In this document: positions 1 to 12,300 of the stretch, piece after piece
Layout: every line of letters begins with the position of its first letter
Position numbering within the stretch: the first letter of the stretch is position 1
Source: Nageia nagi
Lineage: Eukaryota; Plantae; Pinophyta
Length of the DNA: 64,000 bases
Reading direction: 5' to 3'
Assembly (NCBI GenBank): GCA_050084985.1
Contig: JBITNC010000001.1
Location: forward strand, 138,632,001-138,696,000
Notes under the pieces: model-generated
Told to the model about the DNA's origin: nothing
The model's database searches: none
Seen by the model: the letters and a program-made list of their open reading frames with translations, nothing else
Program-made: the position numbers and the translations under genes

Positions 1-136
1 AATATTTGTATTCGGCATCACATAGGTGCAATGAAAGCTTATTTAGTCAAATAATCTAATGTACTTGAAGGGCCAAATTGTTACAAAAAAACTGTCAATT
101 TGGGCATCCTTCTGTATTGATTGGAATGAGCTTATC

Positions 137-1078
137 TCAAGAAGAAGAAAGACTGTTCAAGAGTGCAACTCTAGCAGAAATAAAAGCTTTGAAGAGATGG
201 TCTATTTTGTGATCCAAAAGGGCTAGAGCACTGTCCAAGTCTTGGAGTGCCGTGTTGATTTCAGAGAGTTCAAGAGTCATGTGCAGCTTGGAGTTGGAGT
301 TGAGTCGATTGTTGAGGTTATCAAGTGCAACATCTGCCCTCTCTAACTCGACCAACAGCCACCTCTTGGACTTCCACCTTCTCATTTCAACGTTCTGCTT
401 TAGCTTGGTTTGTAGATTGCTAAGAGGAAGTAATAGAGATAGAGACGGCATCCTAAGAGGGTTGACGGAAAATGAAGCCACTAGTGCAGAACACACCAAG
501 ATGGCAATGAAAGCTTCTCACCTGATCGTGCTTGCGCTTTTGCCTGGAGGCTTATGCTATCAGCCATTCGCCTGAGTGTAGACATGCATTTCTCAAGTCT
601 GGATTGGACGCCCTTATTGTTTAGGCCTTACAAACTGGAGTAAGCTGCCCGATCTTTGAAGGGCATTGATTCGAATGGCTACCTGCACAGACGTGTGCTG
701 CTTCCTCGTTTCAGCTATGCTATCTCTCAACACATTGCAGATGTCTAGCAGATGGAGCATGTCTTCCAGATGTAGGTCCACCCATTTGCATCCCTTACTT
801 GTGCCCTCAATGTCAAACCCTAATTCTGAGGATCTGCGACAAGCGTTGATCACCACCTCCAAAGCTTCTCCAAGCCAATCTGCGCAGTAATATGAGCAAG
901 AAGGCTGTTCCTGTAATGTTTCCAGATCAGCTGCGAATTCGGAGATGGCTGGGTGCCTTTCGAGTGTGGAGAGCATACTCCATGATCGCTTATGCCTGTG
1001 CCCATCTCTGCGTGGAGAGAGGGAGCGCAGGGCTAAGGCTGCTCCAAGAGACAAGAGAAGAGATCCAGGGGCGCTCAT
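137..1078 (-). pseudogene. DUF241/DUF793 (BPS1/ROH1-like) gene copy A1, frameshifted
   Basis: ATG in context ACCACCATG at 1078 (MSAPGSLL...). Family-like motifs WVDLHLEDMLHLLDICNVLRDSI and C-terminal LDHKIDHLFKAFISARVALLNSLS* (stop 137-139). Versus the 969-nt B2 frame it has a -2 shift near 630 (stop 614-616), a -1 shift near 518 and a 24-nt in-frame deletion (942 nt total). Family recognised from remembered motifs, not from a search. Confidence 0.8.
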
Positions 1079-1116
1079 GGTGGTCGGGATTACTGATGCT
1101 GCGGCATTTACATATG

Positions 1117-1124
1117 TATTTATA
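1117..1124 (-). promoter_or_regulatory. Candidate TATA box upstream of copy A1
   Basis: TATAAATA on the minus strand ~40 nt upstream of the ATG. B copies have CTATATAAATA at the equivalent position. Implies a very short 5' UTR, so uncertain. Confidence 0.3.
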
Positions 1125-2599
1125 TTTCTGCAAGAGGGGGAACAAAGAGAAAGAATCCCGCCCAAACCAAAAGCAACTAATCTTAAGAAAATCAAGCTAG
1201 CGTAGCTTCTGTCCTCTCCCTTTGCAATTTCCATGTGATGAATGCGTGAAACCACCCGTGTGGGCGGGCTGTCTCCTTGTTGGGTCCTTGCAGATGATTC
1301 CTCTTTCAGTTCACCATGTGTCCAACTAATTTCCTCCTCCTAAAATCCATATTTTATTGCAGAAAAGACCTTCGCATATTGTTATCTTAAACTATTTTGG
1401 TGGATCTCTGAGATGCTATAAATCAATCTCTATTGTGTGCTGTCCTCCTCAGCAACAACAAGGGGACAGCTTTTCGTTGTCATGAAAGGATTCTCATCTT
1501 CCATGACGAATATCAAGGTTCTCATCAAGCTATGACTGTCTGCTTCAGAGATGAAAGGATGACAACAATCACCTTCGTGATGAATATGAAAGTCTTTCAT
1601 GAAGCTATGATTGTCTCCTTAAGAGATGAAGCGAGGACAAGATTCATTTGAGTTGTATTATATAGTAGTATTGTTGTATTTAGTTGTTGTATTTCCTACC
1701 TATAATATGAAAATGGATACATAAGTAAAGTATCATTTTATGTCTATTTAGATAATCATGTCATTAAAATTATAAAGCACATAATGGATAATTTAATTTA
1801 TTCATGAATAATGTAAGAAGGGATCCATTGTGGTAGGATGCTACCAATAGAACTGAAAACAAACATAGATAAGATTAATCTCAACACTTCATTTTTGTAT
1901 TAGGTAAATATTTCTAATAACTTGTAAGCATCTGAATGTATACCACATGACTATATGCACTAAGATATAATATATTCCTTAAAAATACTCCAAATACAAC
2001 CATACAAATTTAAATAGATCATATTCATAGCATATAAAAATGTATCCTATATAATGAAATAAGATATTCAATTAAAATTTAAAGAAAATGATGTATAAAA
2101 ATATTTTGACTTCATGATTTTTTTAATATACTTACATTTCATATTTGATGATATGTAATATTTGTTTTTATTTTTTACTTTTTTGAAGTATATAAGATTT
2201 AGTATTCCTTATAATTCTTGGTAATATTTTCTACAATATCTTAATAAATATTATTATAATATCTTAACAAAGGATTTAGAAATAACATTGATTAAGATCC
2301 TAGCAATTATACTTTAAGAGGAAGAACTGATTTTTTATCAAGGGTTGGTAAATATGTGATGAAATAGTTATTGTACATGGAATAATCCATTCAATAGGCA
2401 AGAATAAAAAGCTAGTTTTGATTATTAAGCCTTACATAAGGAAAATATATGTCAAAATATCATGAATATTACATAACAAGGTCATATAAAATAGAAAAAT
2501 ATAAATAAAAATATATTTTAATGTTCACGAGTGATCGAAAATAGCTCAATGGGACTCAACATTGGTACAATCTAGTTAAATGATAAAAAGAACTAGAGT

Positions 2600-5500
2600 T
2601 GATAACCCTTGGGAGTTACAAAAGAAAATATAATAATTATTATGAGTGTCCTAAGCTAGAAGAGGGATCACTTGTAGAGGAAAGCAAACTAGTAATACAT
2701 AGCTATCATTTAAGCTATAATTGGATAGTGCTTGTATCATATATGAGATGATGTCATGTCAACCTAACACTATAGGTATCCTAAAGAGTATTTTATGAAG
2801 GATGTTTCCTCATAATAAGATCTTAAATAGGCTAAAAGAAAGAGCTAATCACTCTGGTTGTATGTGGGATCTCTATAGATTGTTGTAAAGATACTCGCCT
2901 AAAGAGGATGATCTATCTCAAAAATAGTGCTTGGCATCTTTGGTTAAGAAAATAAAAAATATGTGCAAGGAGCCCTGAGAATCCTTGTACAAGTAATAAT
3001 ATCTTCCTAGGTAGGTGTAAGTAGTACAGATCTCAATTATCTCACCTTTATAGCAAAAATGGTATCTAGGAAGAGTGCCACTAGAGGTATTAAAGATCAT
3101 GATCTTGGTTTTATCAAGGTTATCTATGAGATATTTTTGTTCACTCAAAATAGAAAGTGCATCCAATTATCTCTAAATACCCTCAAAAGAGTCTGATAAG
3201 AGAATCACATCATTTACAAATAGAAGTATAGTAATTTAGATCTGATGAAGTAAACAAATATTTTCTATGTGAATGTGTAGTCAAACAAAGTCCTCAAGGT
3301 CATCAATATACATGCCAAAGAGAGTGGCTGAAAGGGGGCACCCTTGCTTAACTATAATAGTTTTAGTGACCATATCTAAAAAATCATCCATAATTTAGAA
3401 TCCACCAACCACTATATCATAAATCCTTCTGATGGAAATAAAAAATGTATAAGAGATACCAATAGTATATTAATTTTGAAAAAGTAACTATCATGGGATA
3501 TTTTCAAAGGCTATCCTAAAATCAACAAATCAACAAAACACCTAACGAGCCTCCTCAATGATAGCTCAAAGGATGAAGATATGATCTGCAATATGGTATT
3601 CCCTCCTAAATCTTACGTTCCCTCTTATCATAACGTTATTCTACTCCAAATGATATGATAGCATCATTTTCAGAGTTGTGGCATAAAGCATGAAAAACTT
3701 ATGCCTAATTATTATGGTTCTATAATTGAAAAGATTAAAAAATCTCCTAATTTGTGAATAGGATAAATGATATGATGTAAACATGAGAGAGAAAATCCTA
3801 AACATAAAACACCATTAAATAAAATAGTAATAGGAGATGAAAGTGAGTCACCACCATAGTTTAGAAACTCAACTTGCAAGCCTTCATAATTTACTACTTT
3901 ACCAATACAAAGGTTTCAAATGGCTCTAGAAATAACTCATAGATAAAAAAGATGACAAGATAGGAGTTGATAGAATGTGTGGAGTACGTTGAACAAGAAT
4001 ATCATAAACTTAACTATCATATGATACCAAAAACTAAGGTTCTATGTTATATGAGGGTTGTTTCCTTGGAAGGAGGGCACACCAAAAGGTTCTAGGAGAG
4101 TGATGGATGTAGTCAATAAAAACATGCCAAGTAGTGGTAAAAAAATGATGTCTATTTTGAATATGATCATGACAAACTCTTTATATGGACAATAAAGAAG
4201 AATAATCATGGGAGAGAGAAAAGTGAAGTATCTTATGCATGGATTTATATTTTACATCATACCATTGATTCCTAAGGTAGGAATTAGAATAGTGAGGTAA
4301 ACAAGAATGAAAGGTCTTGTTGCGAAAGGCATTAAGGTCTTCCTTCTAGAGCATATTGGATAAAAGCTTACATGTGGTAGTGACACTTTTAGGAGCATAG
4401 AGTAGATTACTATTTTAATCTAGAAGAGATGATAAATAATTGGTATATTGGTTGATATACTAGGAGCTTAAAAGGATAGTGGTATGTTGAATACTAGAAG
4501 GACTCAAAGAAGGGAGAAAATTCAAGGTGAAGGCATTTAGGGGGTTTACTAAGAGAAAAAGGAATAGAACTGCATGGTATGTAAGGGAAAGACTATGTGA
4601 TATAGTAAGGTTTTGAATGCAAGGAATAGAATGTAAGCTAGCTAATACATAGACCACCACACTTGCTCCTTAATTATAACTAAATTTTATGAATCTACTA
4701 GAGTAATAAAGATAACCATACACCATTACAATTTGAACAAGTAATGTTAACCATATCATTTATTACTAATACTAGAGAGCACCTTAATTTGATTAGCCAA
4801 GGGCATGACTAAAAAAAGGAGGTGAATCATGGATCACTAGTCTATGATCATAGATAACAACCCATTTATTTTCTTTTTATGCAATAATAAGTAGATCTTG
4901 AGCCTTATATAGCTCTTCAATTTTGAGTCTTGTGAGATCATCTAAGTAAATTTTGTATGGAAGAAGAAGAAAATTTTTCTTTGCTCGAAAGGCTTGTAGG
5001 CAATTATTTGTTACTTTAAATCAATCAATTAATGTGTCATTTTTTATAGTCTATGTTTTTTCTAGGGTAATACTTTTCAGGTCCAAAGTATCATGAATGA
5101 ATATGTTTCCATCTTGTAATGGAGAGTTGGTTTTGGGAAGACCAAAAACTTGAAGATTGAGTTCCTTAGTATGGAAAACCATATCTTTTGTAAATTCATC
5201 TTATTGAACCAAGTCAACAAAAAGGAAGGCTTTTTATCCTTAATTGCTTGATCCCATTAATGACGTTTCATGACCTACTTCTATATATATTGTTGTTGAA
5301 TAGTGGTTTCCTACTTGAGTTATTCATGTTGTGTGAGAATTTTTGATTAGTTATATTTAAGTTCAGTAACCACTTCCTAGATTTGTTGTAATTCTTGATG
5401 TGAAATTATACTAGAAGAGGAGGTTCGTGAGATTCAAGTATCTCATTTCTCCTCTTCATCTCTAATATGAATTGGTCCTTTTATGTGATTATTATTTAAA

Positions 5501-5650
5501 TAATGCAAGAATTTTTTGAGAGCCAACAATAATCATTTCTAATTGTGAGATACACTGATATTCTTGAGCTTATGCATTAGTAGTATTTCTTTGCTCTTCC
5601 AATTGAGAGATCTGTTAAGCTTATGCAGTTATGGTATCATTTTTCTTTGA
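2600..5650 (-). mobile_element. Degenerate non-LTR retrotransposon (LINE): ORF1, partial APE endonuclease, reverse transcriptase
   Basis: Minus-strand RT motifs NYRTIII (~3720), FVDFRIAFENIP (~3510), VKQGCPLSATLFGMYIDDL (~3300-3352), LLFVNDVILL (decayed FADD, ~3215) and NLDKTKIMIFN...YTYLG (ORF 2918-3166). APE-type GASVV(V/D)YVLAS at ~4650. ORF1-like ELNLQVFGLPK at ~5150. Many stops. Confidence 0.85.
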
Positions 5651-5820
5651 GACTAGAATATATATATTCGAGAGTTTCTTCTTCAATAGGTCTAATTTTA
5701 ATTGAAATAAATTGATCTTCCCTTGGGTATTTGTGTTTTCTATATACAAATATTTAATAATTTGATTTTTATACTTTTTGAATATCATATCGGTTTAGGA
5801 ATCATTTGCATGCAAGATTA

Positions 5821-5880
5821 GGTTACATGTAGATGAATAAGGGTACATGTAGATGAATCAAGGTATATGTAGATGAATGA
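5821..5880. repeat. 20-bp tandem repeat x3 (core ATGTAGATGAAT)
   Basis: Three adjacent units. Two units at ~33085-33122 and three at ~40868-40925 in the paralogous blocks. Confidence 0.8.
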
Positions 5881-5887
5881 AGCATAT

Positions 5888-6600
5888 CACTACTAGAAAA
5901 CCCTAGATTTACATCATTTTTTATATCCAAATTTAGTGATTCTTTTTAATATTTTTTACTCAAAACCTATGCAAATTTGGATGTAGCTCACAATAGAATT
6001 TACATCAACTTTTGCATCTTCCTTTAGTCATTTTTTACATCCATTTTTTGTATATTCAAGGTGTTTTTTGCATTAAAATGTATTGTTTCATGTCATATTT
6101 TATTTACTTTGTAGCATCATTTGGGACCTTTTTTTGTGTCAATCTTATTTTGTATTGTTTTGTGTCTTAAGTTGCATCAATTTTTGCATCTACTTGCGTT
6201 TGATTTTACTTCTGTATGGGTAATTTTTTATATTGATTTTTTTAAATTTTTTAAAAAAATTATTTTAAAGTAATTCATATAATTTTATTTAATTTCATTA
6301 ATTCAATAATTAAGATATATTATAATTATATGTACAAATATATAGACCAAAAAATATGCTAAAATACACCAAATATATGTCAAAATATGCTAAAATTTGC
6401 CAAAAAAATATCTACATCAAAATAATAACATATACATCAAAATATTATAATAGCCATATCAAAATATATACATCAAAATATGTCAAAAGGATATACATAT
6501 ATACATTTGATATATATACATAAAAATGATATACATATACATCTATATCATTACAACCACATCATATAATATGTAAAAATGAGACAATGGTATTCACATC
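5888..6600 (+). mobile_element. CACTA (En/Spm) transposon terminus and subterminal region, remnant
   Basis: CACTACTAGAAAA at 5888-5900 followed by recurring TACATC/TGCATC motifs. No matching opposite TIR found. Confidence 0.55.
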
Positions 6601-6603
6601 ATG

Positions 6604-6813
6604 AGTACATACTAGCTCTCAATATCAACATCCTCGCTAGATGACTCACTACCTAAGTAAGTACCTAACTTATGACCTGAGCCATTACTTGACCCATGAC
6701 TAACTAACTTGGTAAGTACATACTAGCTCTCAATATCAACATCCTCGCTAGATGACTCACTACCTAAGTAAGTACCTAACTTATGACCTGAGCCATTACT
6801 TGACCCATGACTA
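6604..6813. repeat. Direct repeat, 99 bp identical x2 (period 111)
   Basis: 6604-6702 = 6715-6813 (AGTACATACTAGCTCTC...GACCCATGACTA). Single copy in the paralogous block near 33820. Confidence 0.9.
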
Positions 6814-8423
6814 TACTTGTATTTGATGGATACCTGATCTTTTTGATCATGATCATCATCTAATCCAAATAAACCCATTAATGCATCTTTGTTATCTTAA
6901 TGTTGATCATGATGTTGGTTTTGTAGTCATGTACTCTATTTACCTCTCACCTCAATGATGATGCTATTGTTGTTGTATGATAGTATTTAAACATCATTAT
7001 TTATTAATTTATTTAAATTTTTACTAGAATTTTTTAATATTTATGTGTAACATTCCAAGAATTTTGTTGTATCTTATAAAATTTCTAAATAACTTGTTAC
7101 ATGTAATAAATAAATCCAATTATATGCTTAATACAAACATGAATAATATTATTAAGATATATTTAATAAATACAAAGCATTATAAACTTTGGAAGATAAA
7201 AAGTTAAAATTTGATAATATTAAGTGAATTAATAAAAAATTCTTGAGCTTATGCATTAATAGTATTTCTTTGATGTTCCAATTGAGAGATCTATTAAGCT
7301 TATGCAGTTATGGTATCCTTTTTCTTTGAGACTAGAATATATATATTCAAGAGTTGCTTCTTGAATAGGTCTAATTTGAATTGAAATAAATTGATATTCC
7401 CTTGGGTATTTGATTTTCTTTATCAAATATTTAATAATTTTGATTTTTTAACTTTTTGAAATATCTATGGTTTAGGATCATTTCATACAAGATTGGGTCT
7501 CATGTATTGAATAAGTGTACATGTTAAATATATCAAAGTATATTAGATGAATAAGCATATCACTACTGAAAAACTAGATTTACATCAATTTGTAATTCTC
7601 AAAATTTAGTGATTCTTTTAATATTTTTACTCAAAACCTATGCAAATTGGATGAGTAAACAACAGAATTTGATCAATTTTTGATTTCCTTTAGTTATTTT
7701 TTACATCCCATTATATATTCAAGAATGGTTATTGAATTCAAATGTATTGTTCATGTCTTATTTATTTCCTTTGTAACTCATTTGGACTTATTGTGTCAAT
7801 CTTATTTTGACTGCTTTCTTGAAGTGCATCAATTTTGCATCTTGCGTTTGATTTACTTTGTAAGGGTAATTTTTATATTGATTATTATTTAAATCTAAAA
7901 AATACATTTTTCAATAATCATTTGGTTATCTTAACAGTTGATCATGATGTTTGATTACTTGTAGTAAATGTTGCTCTGTTTTACCCTCCTATACACCCCT
8001 CTAATGCATGGATGCTATTGTTGTATGTATTGATATTATTATTAAAAAATCATTCTTTTAATATAATTATCATTCTAAAATTGTATAGTAATTTTTTTTA
8101 AATATCTTATTGGTAAAATCCAAAAATTTATGTTGTACTCAAAAAAATTCTAAATTAATACTTGTTACATTAATAAATAAAACAAATTATATGCTTAAGA
8201 CAAAGACATGAATAAATATGATAATTAAGAATAATATTTAATAAATGCAACAAACCATTATAAACATGGAAGAAAAAAGTTAAAAAATTGGATAAATATT
8301 TGTATGGGGCACACATGTGTGCCATTAATGCTGATTTCTTAATGTCTTCAATATATATGAGGAGCCAAATTGTAAAAAATGATCAATTTGGGCATCATTC
8401 TATGTTGAATGGAATGAGCTATA

Positions 8424-9387
8424 TCAAGAATCAGAAAGAGTGTTCAAGAGTGCAACTCTAATAGAAACAAAAACTTTGAAGAATTGGCCTATTTTGTGAT
8501 CCAAAAGGGTTAGATCTCTGTCCAAGTCTTGGAGTGTCATGTTGATTTAAGAGAGTTCAAGAGTCATATGCAACTTGGAGTTGGATTTGATTCGATTGTT
8601 GAGGTTTTCAAGTGCAACATATTCCCTCTCTAACTTAACCAACAACCACCTCTTGGAATTCTATCTTCTCATTTTAACATCCTGCTTTAGCTTGGTTTGT
8701 ATATTGCAAGAGGAAGTGATACAAATAGAGACGACATCCTAAGAGGGTTGACCGAAAATGAAGCCACTAGTGCATAACATACCAAGATGGTAATTGCCTT
8801 AGCATGGTTGACAGCCATGAAAGCTTCTTCACCTTATCCTACTTTTACTTTTTGCTGGAGGCTTACGCTATCAGCCATTTACCTGAGTGTAGACATGCAT
8901 TTCTCAAGTCTGGATTGGATGCCCTTGTTCTTTAGGCCTGAGAGATTCTCAAGTGAGCTGCCCGATCTTTGAAGGGAATTGGTTTGAATGGCTACCTGCA
9001 TAGATATGTGTTGCTTCCTGATTTCATCTATGCTATCAATCAACAAATTGAGATTTCTAGCAGATGCAACATTTCTTCTAAATGTAGATCCACCAAATTG
9101 CATCCCTTACTTGTACCATCAATGTCAAACCCTAATTCTATGGATCTACGACAAGCGTTGATCACCACCTCCAAAGCTTCTCAAGACAATCTACGAATTA
9201 ATACAGCAAGAAGGTTGTTCCTGTAATCTTTCCAGATCAGCTATGATTTCAAAGATGGTTGGATGCTCTCGAGTGTGGAGGGCATACTCCATGATCGCTT
9301 ATGGCCTGTAACCATCTTTCGTGGAGAGAGGGAGCGCAGGGATAAGGCCGCTCTAGGAGATGATAGAAGAGATCCAGAGGTGCTCAT
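8424..9387 (-). pseudogene. DUF241/DUF793 (BPS1/ROH1-like) gene copy B1
   Basis: ATG at 9387 (MSTSGSLL...), ancestral stop 8424-8426. Internal stops at 8879, 8661 and 8547, plus several 1-nt deletions relative to B2. Confidence 0.82.
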
Positions 9388-12300
9388 GGTGGTCAGGATT
9401 ACTGATGCTATTACATTTACATATGTATTTATATAGCTTATATTTTGCAAGAGGGGAGACAAAGAGAAAGAATCCAATCATACCAATGGCATCTAATCTT
9501 AACAAAATCAATTTTGCATGACTTCTATCCTCGCCCTTTGGAATTTCCATGTGATGAATGCATGAAACATCCATGCTGGAGGCTGTCTCCTTGTTAGGTC
9601 CTTGCAGATGATTCTACTTTCAGCTCACCATTTCAAACATGCCTACACCATGTGTCCAACTATTTTCCTCCATCTAAAATCCATATTTTACTGCAAAACT
9701 TCTTCGTATGCTGTTATCTTCAACCACTTTGGTGGATCTTGGACATGCTATAAATTAATCTCTATTGTGTATTTTACTCCACTGCCACAACAAAGAGGAT
9801 ATCTTTTCCTTTTCATGAAAAGATTCCCATCTTTCGTGATGAATATCAAGCTCTCATCAAGCTATAACTGTCTCCTTGAGAGATGAAAGATGACAACATC
9901 CATCTTGCATAATTATCTCCTTAAGGGATGAAGCGATGACAAGATCCATTTGAGTTGTCGTATTTATTAGTATTGATATCTTTTAAAATGGTGTTATATA
10001 TATTTTATTTCATCTACTTATAATCATTTCATTCTAAATGATATCATAAGTTTTACATTTATTTGGATAATTTTTGTATTACTATTTAATTTGTATGAAT
10101 ACTTGGTTTTCATTATTATTTTCATTCTACTCTTATATTTAGTGATAAAGAATCTAAACAATTGATTAGTTAAAAAATATTTGCAGTACATTTTAATTTT
10201 ATATAAGTTTTAAAATTCAATGTAGAATTTCAAGGTTAAATAACTAGCTATTGCAACAAAGTGCAATGGGTATAGTGTAGAAAAATATTTGATTTTTATT
10301 TTAGAAATAAGTAGAGAATTCCATAAAATTTGAATTGTATAATTTTTAATTAATTTGTAATTAATATAGTTATGTACATAATGAAAAATGTATGTAAATG
10401 AAAAGCAAGTAGATAAATATATAGTTTGTTTTCTATAGAATATTAGTAATTATTGTGTGAGAAATAATATTATGTTTCAAATGTAAATGTTGGAAATAAA
10501 TAAAGCATTCCATAAAGTTTGAAATTTGTATTTTTGAATACAATTAAAATTTAAAAAAATGAGTATTTATCAAATATGAACATTGAAAATAACTAGAGTG
10601 TTTGAGAATGTTTGAAATTTATATTTTTGAGTACAATTAAACTTTAGTAATGGATATATTGAAGAAAATGTTGTTTCTAATAAATCTAGTTATGTACGTA
10701 ATGAAAAATATAACTAAATGAAAATGAATTAGATAATGAGAAATAGTTTGTTCCAATATATGTTAGTTTGAGATTGATGTAATACATTTACATTTGAAGA
10801 AATGGAAATGAGCATGTAATAGATTGTGAAATGAAGATAAATAAAATGTTGAATTACATTGTAACTAATCTAGTTTTTTACATAATGTAAAATGTAAATA
10901 AATGTAAAGCAAGTACATAACAAGAAATAATTTGAACCAATATACAAATCACTTCTCTTTTGTTCATCTTCAAACTTTGTGTATGCTATGGATATTTTTC
11001 CTATTACTCCATCCTTCCATAGGGTTGTATTTGGTTTTTCATAACAATATTTTGCTTGACTAGGTTCATCTCAATTCACATATGCAATTCTACAAAATTA
11101 ATCCATGAACAAGTTTACAAGAATTTTCTTTAGTTTTTCATATTTTTAGATACCTAAAATGAGATACTGGAATGTTAGTTTTTGAATTCGTGAAATATAT
11201 TTAAATAATTCAAAGAAATTGTTATGTTTTGAAAATATGTAGAAAGGAAAAAAATATATATTTTATAAAATGTTAACAAAATACAAAAATAATTTTATGA
11301 TTTATTTAAAGAAAGAAAAACATATTTTATTTATAAATATTTGCCTATAGAATATTTAGCATAGCGAACCTGGAGAGATTTTATATGTTATTGATGTTGT
11401 CATGTGGGATGATTGGAAAGTGACAATAAATGTTTTTCTTATTTTTATAACAACATTCATGTATACCAAATTGCATTTTTTCTAATATTTCAAAAGGGAA
11501 AGATGGTTTTATGTAAATACAATTTAATGCACATACTGTAGATATAGTTATGAAAGGTAGTCCTTGATGTTTAGTGTTACCAATATCAATAGTTTTCTTT
11601 TCAAGTAGAAGTCCTTATGATTTATGTATTGTTAATTCCCATGCCATTTTTACTGGTATATATCATTTTTGACCATAGCTTAAGGGTATATGAATTTGAA
11701 TTATTAATGTTTTGAGTCCAATCTATTGGACCCATCTTTAGAATTATTGAATAAAAAAATAAAGTGTAACCTTCTTCTTTAAATAGAGATAAGTATCACC
11801 TAATTTTATAAGATCAATATCAACCTTCTTACTATAAAATACTAAAAATATAAATATTGTTAAATTCTACATAAAAGTATCTTTGCAATGATGTAAAGAA
11901 CATGAAACACTGAGTTAAAATGCCAAAGTTATGGCTAGTTTAGTATCATATTATTTTTTGTTTTTTGTAAATTAGGTCAATAATAGGTAACCATGCCCTA
12001 CTAATCTCAACACCTTGGTATCTATTAATATTATTAGGGTTAAGTTTAATTTCAATAGATTCTCTAATTCTTCATTTTTGGAATTTATCACATCTAGCTA
12101 AAAGTTTAATCCTATTCATGAGTATATGGTGTTTAGTCTTATCTACATATTTAGAAAAGGTATATTTGATTATTCTATTATATTATAAATCAACACAATG
12201 TTATTTAACTCTTTTATGTATTAACCTACCTATTTCACTAATGCAACAAGTTCCACACTCACACATTATGTTATATACACCTGTATGTTGTAAGGGTTCT

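Larger units (their letters stand above)
1..11717 (+). repeat. Segmental duplication copy 1 (A gene - LINE - CACTA end - B gene - flank)
   Basis: Collinear and highly similar to 27573-37861. Position 1 matches 27573 and stop codon 137 matches 27709. Left end lies outside the window. Confidence 0.93.

Noticed and set aside
500-640. Compensating frameshifts (-2, -1) restoring a full A1 protein, or programmed frameshifting
   Set aside because: The shifted frame contains TAA at 614 and a further TGA. No convincing intron or slippery site.
252-1205. Plus-strand ORFs overlapping the gene copies (also 8787-9226, 27824-28204, 34685-35314, 41792-42004)
   Set aside because: Antisense shadows of the minus-strand coding sequence; their endpoints vary between paralogues.
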